A stretch of 25,342 bases of DNA from Octopus sinensis (Eukaryota). This document shows positions 1-9,599 of this stretch, one piece after another. The DNA lies in assembly GCF_006345805.1 (NCBI RefSeq), contig NW_021836236.1:1-25342 (forward strand), in the 5' to 3' direction. Under the pieces are notes generated by a model. That model ran no database searches, was not told the origin of the DNA, and saw nothing but the letters and a program-made list of their open reading frames with translations. The position numbers and the translations under genes are program-made. Within the stretch, counting starts at the first letter, position 1, and each line of letters opens with the position of its first letter.

Positions 1-212
1 CACATATATATATATACAAAACACAATCATATATTACACACAAACATATATACACATATATATACACATATATATACACACACACATATATACACACATA
101 TATGTAAACACACATACATATACACATACATATACACACATATATAAACACATACATATATATACACACACACACATACATACATATATATATATATATG
201 TATGTATGTATA
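1..212. repeat. Compound (CA)n/(TA)n microsatellite
   Basis: Direct reading of mixed CA/TA dinucleotide runs. Confidence 0.95.
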
Positions 213-216
213 CGTG

Positions 217-368
217 CAGGCATGGATGTGTGGTAGGAAGCTTGCTTCCCAACTACATGGTTCCGGCTTCAGTCCCACTGCATGGCACCTTGGGCGCAAG
301 TGTCTTCTACTATAGCCTCAAAGCCTTGCGAGTGGACTTGGTAGATGGAAACTAAGAGAAGCCTATCA
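217..368 (+). mobile_element. tRNA-derived SINE family A, diverged 5' half
   Basis: Matches the head of the full copies (e.g. 4151-4574): gcagg..gtgtggtag..ggttccgg.ttcagtcccactgc..cttggg..caagtgtcttct..gaaactaagagaagcc. Confidence 0.85.
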
Positions 369-504
369 TACATAACACCTAAATACATACACATATTTGT
401 AAATAGTAAAGGATCACTCCAAACGTTTACTGGTTTGCTCTCACAATGCTAGGCAACAGCATAATAATCATTATTATTAGTATTGTCATTAATATATATA
501 TATA

Positions 505-718
505 TTACGGAGATGTACTTGCATAGCAAGTGACCTGACCTGAGATCATGAGCTGGAATGAAAACAATTGCAGTGTGGAAGGTGTTTATAAGATGCAGCA
601 TGGAATTTTGTCAGCGACGAAAATATTTTGACAAATTAAATTCAAATGTTGAAGTGAATCTAACAGTTTTTGTGCGTTTCTTAAATGGCTTATAAACACC
701 TTCCACGCTGCAATTGTT
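505..718. mobile_element. Repeat fragment with internal 30-bp inverted repeat (fold-back)
   Basis: aacaattgcagtgtggaaggtgtttataag (563-592) is the reverse complement of cttataaacaccttccacgctgcaattgtt (689-718), with 1 mismatch. Confidence 0.65.
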
Positions 719-774
719 GTGTGTGTGTGTGTGTGTGTGTGTCTTTGTGTGTATTTATATATTTGTGAGTTTGT

Positions 775-985
775 GTCTGTTTGTACCCACCCTCCCACCC
801 ACCATAGCTTCACAATCCATGTTGGCATGTTTATGTCCTTGTAACTTAGCAGTTTGGCCAAAGGGGCTGATAGAATAAGTACTAGGATTACAAAGAATAA
901 ATCCGGGATCAACTTCTTCAGCTAAAACCCCTCAAGGTGGTGCTCCAGCATGGCCACAGTCAAATGACTGAAACAAGTAAAAGAA
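775..985 (+). mobile_element. SINE family A, diverged 3' half
   Basis: gatagaataagtactagg..acaaagaata..ggtgctccagcatggccacagtcaaatgactgaaacaagtaaaag matches the family tail. Confidence 0.85.
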
Positions 986-1083
986 TATGTATGTGTATGT
1001 ACATATATACACACATTCATAGGCACAAACACACAAACGTACATGTACATATATATACATATATATATACACACACACATATA

Positions 1084-1490
1084 CTCTCTTTTACTCTTTT
1101 ACTTGTTTCAGTCATTTGACTGCAGCCATGCTGGAGCACCGCCTTTAGTTGAGCAAATCGACCCCGGGACTTATTCTTTGTAAGCCCAGTACTTATTCTA
1201 TCAGTCTCTTTTGCCGAACCGCTAAGTGACGGGAACGTAAACACACCAGCATCGGTTGTCAAGCAATGCTAGGGGGACAACACAAACACACACACACACA
1301 CACACATACATATATATATATACATACATACAACAGGCTTCTTTCAGTTTCCATCTACCAAATCCACTCACAAGGCATTGGTCAGCCCCGGGCTATAGCA
1401 AAAGACACTTGCCCAAGATGCCACGCAGTGGGACTGAACCTGGAACCATGTGGTTGGTTAGCAAGCTACTTACCACACAGCCACTCCTGC
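1084..1490 (-). mobile_element. SINE family A, full-length copy
   Basis: On the minus strand: head gcaggagtggctgtgtgg (A-box-like), ggttcagtccc (B-box-like), central TA/TG microsatellite, tail aagtaaaagag. Confidence 0.92.
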
Positions 1491-1504
1491 ATCATATATA
1501 TATA

Positions 1505-2017
1505 TGACATGCTTCTTTCAGTTTCCGTCTACCAAATCCACTCACAGGCATTGGTCGGCCAGAGCTATAGCAGAAGACACTTGCCCAGATGCCACGCAGC
1601 GGGACTGAACCCGGAACCATGTGGTTGGTTAGCAACTACTTACCACACAGCCACTCCTGCATATATATATATATATATATATATGACAGGCTTCTTTCAG
1701 TTTCCGTCTACCAAATCCACTCACAAGGCATTGGTCGGCCCAGAGCTATAGCAGAAGACACTTGCCCAAGATGCCACGCAGCGGGACTGAACCCGGAACC
1801 ATGTGGTTGTAGGAGCAAGCTACTACCACACAGCCACTCCTGCATATATATATATATGACAGGCTCTTTCAGTTTCCGTCTACCAAATTCACTCACAAGG
1901 CATTGGTCGGCCCAGAGCTATAGCAGAAGACACTTGCCCAAGATGCCACGCAGCGGGACTGAACCCGGAACCATGTGGTTGGTTAGCAAGCTACTTACCA
2001 CACAGCCACTCCTGTGC
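1505..2017 (-). mobile_element. Three further tandem SINE family A 5' halves (~175-bp period)
   Basis: Units ~1505-1660, 1685-1842 and 1856-2017, separated by (TA)n, all sharing ggcattggtcggcccagagctatagcagaagacac. Confidence 0.9.
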
Positions 2018-2018
2018 C

Positions 2019-2250
2019 TACACTTTCAGTTGCATTGTTGCCTTTACTGAAAGCAAAATATGCTGAATATGCTCCTTTGTCACTTCGAAAAAACAACTAT
2101 TAAAATCAAACTAATCTTCGAAACTTGCACTAAGATTAAGGCCAAGGTAAAATTACTACCTGCTTTTATAGCAAGTTGATGCAGGTGGTTTACCCTCTCG
2201 CCCTCTGACAAAACAAAAAACGCATTATTTATGTTTAGATTTAAGTTAGA
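2019..2250 (-). pseudogene. Mariner transposon 5' relic (upstream region plus broken transposase N-terminus)
   Basis: Minus strand 2086-2020 reads EVTKEHIQHILL, then after a frameshift SKGNNATES, resembling a mariner N-terminus (E.IRHILL.EF.KG.NA.E). TATAAAAG lies upstream. Truncated by the SINE at 2017. Confidence 0.65.
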
Positions 2251-2302
2251 TTTAGTGTATAATCTATCTTCCATATCAAGTGTTTCTACAAATAATACAT
2301 GG

Positions 2303-2430
2303 TGTGTGTTTGCCTTTATATCTGCGTTTATCCCACCAGTACTGCTTGACAACTAGTGTTGCTGTGTTCTTTACACCCTCTTACTAAGTAGTCCAACAAA
2401 GGAGACTGATAGAATACCTAAAAAACCAAG
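2303..2430 (+). mobile_element. Highly diverged SINE family A 3' fragment
   Basis: tgcttgacaactagtgttgctgtgt..gagactgatagaata resembles the family 3' half. Confidence 0.55.
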
Positions 2431-2668
2431 GTACCCGCGTAGGAGTACATTGAACTCCTGACTACGTTAACCTGCTCAACATCAATCTGATTAGATGCCT
2501 GATTGACTTTCAATGACATAACCCGGTGCCATATTTAATCTGCTAATATGGGTATATTATTAGTAGTAGTAGTAGCAGTAGTAGTAGTAGTAGTAGTATA
2601 TAAACACAATTAATGTTGTATTGTTAAATATACATAAAAGAAATTGTTATTATCATTATTATTAAAAA

Positions 2669-2994
2669 GGCCGCGAGCTGGCAGAAACGTTAACACGCCG
2701 GACGAAATGCTTAGCAGCATTTCATCTGCTGTTACGTTCTGAGTTCAAATTCCGGCAAAGTCGCCTTGTCTTTCATCCTTTCAGGGTCGATAAATTCAGT
2801 ACCAGATACGTACAGGGTCGATATAATCGACTGGTGCCCTCCCCAAAAATTTCGGACCTTGTGCCTGGAGTATTCCCTTTCATCCTTTCGAGGTCGATAA
2901 ATTAAGTACCAGTCAAGACCTGGGGTCGATGTAATCGACTATCTCCCTCCCGACAAATTCCAGGCTTTGTGCCTATAATAAAAAGGATTATAAT
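2669..2994 (+). mobile_element. tRNA-derived SINE family B, full copy plus tandem repeat of its 3' half
   Basis: Head ggccgcgagctggcagaa..gagttcaaattcc; central ctttcatcctttc.ggggtcgataaatt.agtaccag; second 3' half at 2875-2994 ending in aaaaggattata. Confidence 0.85.
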
Positions 2995-2999
2995 TTTTA

Positions 3000-3663
3000 C
3001 TTTCTCTCTCTTTTACTTGTTTCAGTCATGTGACTGTGGCCACGCTGGAGCACCGCCTTTAGTCGACCAAATCGACCCCAGGACTTATTCTTTGGAAGCC
3101 TAGTACTTATTCTATCGGTCTCTTTTGCCGAACCGCTAAGTTTACTCTTTTACTTGTTTCAGTCATGTGACTGTGGCCATGCTGGAGCACTGCCTTTAGT
3201 CGAGCAAATCGACCCCAGGACTTATTCTTTGGAAGCCTAGTACTTATTCTATCGGTCTCTTTTGCCGAACCGCTAAGTTTACTCTTTTACTTGTTTCAGT
3301 CATGTGACTGTGGCCATGCTGGAGCACCGCCTTTAGTCGAGCAAATCGACCCCAGGACTTATTCTTTGTAAGCCTAGTACTTATTCTATCGGTCTCTTTT
3401 GCCGAACCGCTATGTTACGCGGACGTAAACACACCAGCATCGGTTGTCAAGCGATGTTGGGGGGACAAACACAGACACACACAGGTATACATATATATAC
3501 AACGGGCTTCTTTCAGTTTCCGTCCACCAAATCCACTCACAAGGCTTTGGTCGGCCCGATACTATAGTAGAAGACACTTGCCCAAGGTGTCACGCAGTGG
3601 GACTGAACCCAGAACCAAGTGGTTGATAAGCAAGCTACTTACCACACAGCCACTCCTACGCCT
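3000..3663 (-). mobile_element. SINE family A full copy (3280-3663) with two extra tandem 137-bp 3' tails
   Basis: ttttacttgtttcagtcatgtgactgtggcc starts at 3011, 3148 and 3285; all three share the variant catgtgac. Confidence 0.92.
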
Positions 3664-3754
3664 ATACACATAAAAGAAATCCTTAACATTACTATTAATT
3701 TTATTATATAAAAGTATTGTTGATGTTACTGTTATACGAAATACATGAAAGAAA

Positions 3755-3757
3755 TTA

Positions 3758-3795
<38 letters not shown>

Positions 3796-3850
3796 GTAGT
3801 AATAGTAGTAGTACTACTAATAATAATAACAATAACAGTAATAGTAGTGA
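3755..3850. repeat. (ATT)n/(AGT)n/(AAT)n trinucleotide microsatellite
   Basis: Direct reading. Confidence 0.9.
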
Positions 3851-4150
3851 TAGGCGTTGCAGTGGTTGTTGCTATGGTGACGGTGGCAGTGGTAGAGAGG
3901 GCTTCCACCACCCACCGCTGCCACATACCACCCCAACCTTCGTTGTTGTTTGTACTGTTATGCTCCATTTCTCCCCCAACCCACCACGACCACCACCACC
4001 AATCACCTCGAACGCATCTGACAAACTGAGCTGATTACCTAATCTTATTTAGAGCATTCAGGATTATAAATATATATATATATTTATATATATATATACG
4101 CACATACATACATTATATGGGGTGTGTTTGTCTATATATATATATATATA

Positions 4151-4574
4151 GGCGCAGGAGTTGCTGTGTGGTAAGTAGCTTGCTAACCAACCACATGGTT
4201 CCGGGTTCAGTCCCACTGCGTAGCACCTTGGGCAAGTGTCTTTTGCTATAGCCTCGGGCCGATCAAAGCCTTGTGAGTGGATTTGGTAGACGGAAACTGA
4301 AAGAATCCTGTCGTGTATATGTATATATATATATATATATATGTATGTGTGCGTATATGTTTGTGTGTCTGTGTTTGTCCCTCTAGCATTGCTTGACAAC
4401 CGGTGCTGGTGTGTTTATGTCCCCGTCACTTAGCCGTTCGGCAAAAGAGACCGTTATTATACGTACTGGGCTTACAAAGAATAAGTCCCGGGGTCGATTT
4501 GCTCGACTAAAGGCGGTGCTCCAGCATGGCCGCAGTCAAATGACTGAAACAAGTAAAAGAGTAAAAGAGAAAGA
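4151..4574 (+). mobile_element. SINE family A, full-length copy
   Basis: ggcgcaggagttgctgtgtggtaag head through aagtaaaagagtaaaagag tail. Confidence 0.93.
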
Positions 4575-4582
4575 GATATATA

Positions 4583-4978
4583 CTCTTTTACTTGTTTCAG
4601 TCATTTGACTGTGGCCATGCTGGAGCACCACCTTTAGTCGAACACAATTTAAACCCAGGACTTATTCTTCGTCAGCCTAGTACTTATTCTATTGGTCTCT
4701 TTTGCCGAACCACTAAGTTACAGGGACGTAAACACACCAGCATCGGTTGTCAAGCTATGTTGGGAGGACAAACACAGACACACAAACACATACACACACA
4801 TACATATATGTATATATGACAGGCTTCTTTCAGTTTTCGTCTACTAAATCCACTCACAAGGCTTTGGTCGGCCTGAGGTTATAATAGAAAACACTTGCCC
4901 AAGGTGCTATTCTGTGGGACTGAACCCAGACACATGTGGTTAGGAAGCAAGCTTCTTACCGCACAGCCACTTCTGCAC

Positions 4979-4980
<2 letters not shown>
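4583..4980 (-). mobile_element. SINE family A, full-length copy, tail-to-tail with the previous copy
   Basis: Reverse complement of the family sequence, separated from 4151-4574 by only ~8 nt of TA. Confidence 0.92.
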
Positions 4981-5011
<31 letters not shown>

Positions 5012-5126
5012 AGCATGCATGCACATATATATAAAACTATATAGTCAGAAGATATGAGGTGAATATATATATATATATATATATATATTATTTATTTATT
5101 TATTTAGTTAAGCACATGATTTTCAT

Positions 5127-5291
5127 AGGATTACAGCTGTTTCGCAACCTTCTTTATATTGTATTGGTTTCAATGTGTCAGAAATTAATCATATGTGTTT
5201 CCATTAATATGTATGATCAGCATTATGCAATACAATAGAATATTCGTAAATTAATTAACGAGAATGAAGAAAACTAGCTCATCAGATCACC
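5127..5291 (-). ncRNA. Type I hammerhead ribozyme motif with large stem II insert, copy 1
   Basis: Minus strand: GGTGAT-CTGATGA(5285-5279)-GC..~130 nt..GC-GAAA(5143-5140)-CAGCT-GTA^ATCCT. Stem III is the palindrome ACAGCTGT; stem I is short and imperfect. Confidence 0.7.
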
Positions 5292-5372
5292 GGAATAACA
5301 AGGTTAGAGCTGAATATAAACAGCTTACTGCAACAATAAATTAATTAATTAATTGACTAATTCATCAATAAA

Positions 5373-5426
5373 TATAGATAGATAGATATTTAGAAAGAAA
5401 GATAGATAGATAGATAGGTACGTAGG

Positions 5427-5465
<39 letters not shown>

Positions 5466-5775
5466 GTAGATAGGTAGATAGATAGATAGATAGATAGATA
5501 GGTAGATTGATAGGTAGATAGATAGGTAGATAGATAGGTAGATAGATAGGTAGATAGATAGGTAGATAGATAGGTAGATAGATAGGTAGATAGATAGATT
5601 GACAGATAGATAGATTGACAGATAGATAGATTGACAGATAGATAGATAGTGACAGATAGATAGATATAGATAGACAGAGATAGATAGATAGAGATAAACA
5701 TAGACAGAGATAGATAGATACGTATAGCTAGGCAGATATAGATAGATATACATAAATAGATACATACATACATAC
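5373..5775. repeat. (GATA)n/(GGTA)/(GACA) tetranucleotide microsatellite
   Basis: Direct reading; second copy at 6121-6530. Confidence 0.95.
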
Positions 5776-5805
5776 ATGTAGATATATAAAGGCAGACAGA
5801 AAGAA

Positions 5806-5841
<36 letters not shown>

Positions 5842-5875
5842 TATTTATTTATTTAGTTAAGCACATGATTTTCAT

Positions 5876-6039
5876 AGGATTACAGCTGTTTCGCAACCTT
5901 CTTTATATTGTATTGGTTTCAATGTGTCAGAAATTAATCATATGTGTTTCCATTAATATGTTGATCAGCATTATGCAATACAATAGAATATTCGTAAATT
6001 AATTAACGAGAATGAAGAAAACTAGCTCATCAGATCACC
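5876..6039 (-). ncRNA. Type I hammerhead ribozyme motif with large stem II insert, copy 2
   Basis: Same motif as copy 1: CTGATGA at 6033-6027, predicted cleavage between 5881 and 5880. Confidence 0.7.
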
Positions 6040-6120
6040 GGAATAACAAGGTTAGAGCTGAATATAAACAGCTTACTGCAACAATAAATTAATTAATTAA
6101 TTGACTAATTCATCAATAAA

Positions 6121-6530
6121 TATAGATAGATAGATATTTAGAAAGAAAGATAGATAGATAGATAGGTACGTAGGTAGATAGATAGATATAGATAGATAGA
6201 TAGATAGATAGATAGGTAGATAGGTAGATAGATAGATAGATAGATAGATAGGTAGATTGATAGGTAGATAGATAGGTAGATAGATAGGTAGATAGATAGG
6301 TAGATAGATAGGTAGATAGATAGTAGATAGATAGGTAGATAGATAGATTGACAGATAGATAGATTGACAGATAGATAGATTGACAGATAGATAGATAGTG
6401 ACAGATAGATAGATATAGATAGACAGAGATAGATAGATAGAGATAAACATAGACAGAGATAGATAGATACGTATAGCTAGGCAGATATAGATAGATATAC
6501 ATAAATAGATACATACATACATACATGTAG
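6121..6530. repeat. (GATA)n microsatellite, duplicated copy
   Basis: Direct reading. Confidence 0.95.
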
Positions 6531-6554
6531 ATATATAAAGGCAGACAGAAAGAA

Positions 6555-6592
<38 letters not shown>

Positions 6593-6615
6593 ATATATAT
6601 ATACACACATATACA

Positions 6616-6735
6616 CGAGGTCAATAAAATAAGTCATCTACTGGGGTCAATGCAATCGACTTGACCCTCCCCTCAAAACAACTAGCAACGTAACAAAATT
6701 AGAAAGAAAATTGTGCCTACAGTAAAAAAGCTCAT
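6616..6735 (+). mobile_element. SINE family B 3' fragment
   Basis: gaggtcaataaaataag..ctggggtcaatgcaatcgact..ccctcccc..ttgtgcct. Confidence 0.65.
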
Positions 6736-6994
6736 CATTATTATTATCATTATTATTATTATTATCATTATTATTATTATTATTATCATCATCATTATCA
6801 TTATTATTATTATTATCATCATTATCATTATTATTATTGTTGTTGTTGTTGTTATTATCATTATTATTATCATTATTATTATTATCATTATTATCATTAT
6901 CATTATTATTATTATCATTATTATTATCATTATCATTATCATCATTATTATCATTATTATTATCATTATTATTATCATTATCATTATTATTATT
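6734..6994. repeat. (ATT/ATC/GTT)n microsatellite
   Basis: Direct reading; source of the poly-Ile ORFs. Confidence 0.95.
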
Positions 6995-7201
6995 AAGACA
7001 GTAAGCTGGCAGAAATTTTTAGAATCCCAAGTGAAAAGTTTAGTGGCATTTTGCCTCCAGGTTCTGGGTTCAAATCCCGCCAAGGTAAACATTGCCTTTC
7101 ATCTTTCATCAATAAATTAAGTACCAGTGATACACTGGGATCAATATAATCGACTAGTCCCCTCTCTGCACATTTCAGGCTTTGTACCTTTAGCAGAAAG
7201 G

Positions 7202-7230
<29 letters not shown>
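6995..7230 (+). mobile_element. SINE family B, diverged full copy with (ATT)n tail
   Basis: aagctggcagaa head, gggttcaaatcccgcc B box, gcctttcatc..taaattaagtaccag core. Confidence 0.8.
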
Positions 7231-7232
<2 letters not shown>

Positions 7233-7236
7233 TATT

Positions 7237-7575
7237 CTGACTGGCCTGGTGCAGCCTTCGGGCTTCCCAGACCCCAGTTGAACCGTCCAACCCATGCCAG
7301 CATGGAAAGCGGACGTTAAACGATGATGATGATGATGATTATTATTATTATTATTCTGACTGGCCTGGTGCAGCCTTTGGGCTTGCCAGACCCCAGTTGA
7401 ACCGTCCAACCCATGCCAGCATGGAAAGCGGACGTTAAACGATGATGATGATTATTATTATTATTATTCTGACTGGCCTGGTGCAGCCTTTGGGCTTGCC
7501 AGACCCCAGTTGAACCGTCCAACCCATGCTAGCATGGAAAGCGGACGTTAAACAATGATGATGATGATGATGATA
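7237..7575 (+). mobile_element. Three tandem 3' termini of a (GAT)n-tailed retroposon (RTE-like tail)
   Basis: Units start at 7237, 7356 and 7469, each ctgactggcctggtgcagcc..ccatgccagcatggaaagcggacgttaaac(gat)n; same tail as 14400-14520. Confidence 0.85.
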
Positions 7576-8019
7576 TGATTATTATTATTATTATTGTTGT
7601 TATTGTTGTACCAGTTGCATCCAAGGGTAGCTAAAAAAAAAAAAAAAAAGCCCTTTTCCTCCCCACTCACTCTGCTCACCCTCACTTCCACCCCCTCTGG
7701 CAAACTTTACTGGCCTTGTACCTGAATTAGAGAGAGAGAGAGAGGAACAAATTATTAATTAATTGCTACGCTCGGCCAGAAGAGAAAGGTTACCAGGTGC
7801 AAATCTGAGCGGCATTGTTTGGCTTTGGTCAGCCAAGTGTCTGTCCTGACTGGCAGGCCATCAATGACCCGGCTATTGTCTTGGACACCCCGGACCACTG
7901 ACTGGATATAAATACTACCCAGGTACAATGGGAGGAGTCGGTGTCAGGCGCTCTGCGCGGGGAGGGGGGGTTTGGAAGACGGCCAAGGTAGGTTAGATGT
8001 GCGATGTTAGTAAATTAGG

Positions 8020-8890
8020 AACGACAGAGAAGGACATTACGTAATGTAGTCCGAGGTATACGGTGGCCGAATGTAAAAGAAGAGGAGGAGGAGGAGGTTA
8101 CACCGGATCAGGAATGACCAGGGGCTAAACAACCCACAACAACAACAACAACAGAGAAGGACATATGAAGTAATGTACTCCGAGATACACTATGGCTGAA
8201 TGGAAAAGAGAAGGTCACGGTTGGAGCAGCTTCTGTTAGAGGTTTATTAATGCAGGTCTGACCTGGGGCTAAACAACAACAAGGAAGGACACATTAGAAA
8301 ATGTAGTCCGAGATACACTATGTCTGAATAAAAGACGGGATGGTAACAGCTGGAACATCTGTGATCATAGGTCTGCTGGATCAGGACTGACCTGGGGCTA
8401 AACAACAAGGAAGGACACATTAGATAATGTAGTCCTAGATACACTATGTCAGAGTAAAAGACATGATGGTCACAACTGGAACATCTTTGATCATAGGTCT
8501 GCTCGATCAGGACTGACCTGGGGCTAAACAACAATAAGGGAGAACACGTTAGATAATGTAGTCCTAGATACACTATGTCAGAGTAAAAGACAGGATGGTC
8601 ACAGCTGGAGCATCTTTGATCATAGGTCTGTCTGGATCAGGACTGACCTGGGGCTAAACAACAAGAAGGGCACATTAGATAATGTAGTCCAAGATACACT
8701 ATGTCAGAATAAGACAGGATGGCCAAGGCTTTTGATAACAGAACTGACCTGGGGCTAAACAGCAACAAGGTAGGATACATTAGGAAATGTAGTCCAAGAC
8801 ACACTATGTCTAAATCCAAAACAGGATGGTCACAGCTGGAACATTTCTGATCACAAGTCTGCTGGCTCGTGACTGACCTGGGGCTAATAA
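8020..8890. repeat. Diverged ~128-bp tandem array (~7 units)
   Basis: Anchor acc(t/a)ggggcta at 8117, 8261, 8390, 8516, 8646, 8747 and 8876. Confidence 0.9.
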
Positions 8891-9127
8891 ACTTAAATGC
8901 TAATTTATGGCATTTAAACTCTGGCTCCGATAACGAATGGATGCAAAATACAGATAAGCAGGTGAGGCCATTTTTGGAGAAGGTCATAACCATGTCACAT
9001 GCTACCAACGAGGTCATGTGGCATTCAAGATATGAATGACGCTGAATGGCTAGAAAACTGACCTTTTTGATAGCCTACCCAACTTGAGACCCTGCATTTT
9101 ATGTACTTCATATATATATATTATATA

Positions 9128-9297
9128 ATCAAAATAAGCAACAAGAATGACTCCGGTAATTTGGTACGATCGTTTCGTACTACACCATTTTATTAAATGT
9201 TGTAAGTATTACAACAGATTTAAGATGCTGAGTACTCATCAGCCAATTATAGAGGTTTTCCATTAACATAAAAGCTTTCAAATCAAGTGGCAACATT
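9128..9297 (-). mobile_element. Small hammerhead-containing element between (TA)n tracts (Penelope-like/retrozyme-type)
   Basis: ~170-bp block flanked by TA repeats and containing an intact hammerhead fold. Confidence 0.65.
9157..9250 (-). ncRNA. Type I hammerhead ribozyme, canonical core
   Basis: Minus strand: TAATTGG-CTGATGA-GTACT..AGTAC-GAAA-CGATC-GTA^CCAAATTA. Stem I TTGG/CCAA plus TAA/TTA across a bulge; stem II GTACT/AGTAC extended by GCATC/GGTGT and TGTTGTAA/TTACAACA; stem III palindrome ACGATCGT. Confidence 0.85.
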
Positions 9298-9313
9298 ATA
9301 TATATATATATAT

Positions 9314-9551
9314 GTGGAGGCACAATGGCCTAGTGGTTAGGGCAGTGAACTTGTGATTGTAGGATCGCGGTTTCAATTCCCAGACGGGCGTTGTGAGTGT
9401 TTATTGAGCGAAAACACCTAAAGCCCCATGAGGCTCCGGCAGGGGGTGGTGGTGAACCCTGCTGTACTCTTTCACCGCAACTTTCTCTCACTCTTTCTTC
9501 TGTTGGCCTGCTCGCTTAGCCAGCCGGGTGGCGTCATTCAAAGGCTAAAAC
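9314..9551 (+). mobile_element. tRNA-derived SINE family C
   Basis: A box TGGCCTAGTGG (9326-9336), B-box-like GGTTTCAATTCCC (9369-9381), followed by a non-tRNA body and (TA)n. Confidence 0.8.
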
Positions 9552-9599
9552 ATATATATATATCATGAAGTATATTTGCCACTTAAATGTGGTTAACCT

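Larger units (their letters stand above)
5065..6590. repeat. Near-identical ~749-bp tandem duplication (AT-rich element + (GATA)n + (TA)n)
   Basis: 5088-5810 recurs at ~5836-6557; offsets are 749 and 748 at two anchor motifs. Confidence 0.93.

Noticed and set aside
1256-2050. Recurrent ORFs such as MPRSGTEPGTMWLVSKLLTTQPLL
   Set aside because: They are antisense translations of SINE family A and recur at every copy.
2080-2352. 90-aa ORF with protein-like composition, and a 45-nt exon-like segment within it
   Set aside because: It overlaps the upstream region of a mariner relic and a SINE fragment; the transposase-like residues lie just downstream in other frames.
9314-9390. tRNA-like sequence with A and B boxes
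   Set aside because: No convincing cloverleaf or acceptor stem, and it continues into a SINE body; called as a SINE head rather than a tRNA gene.
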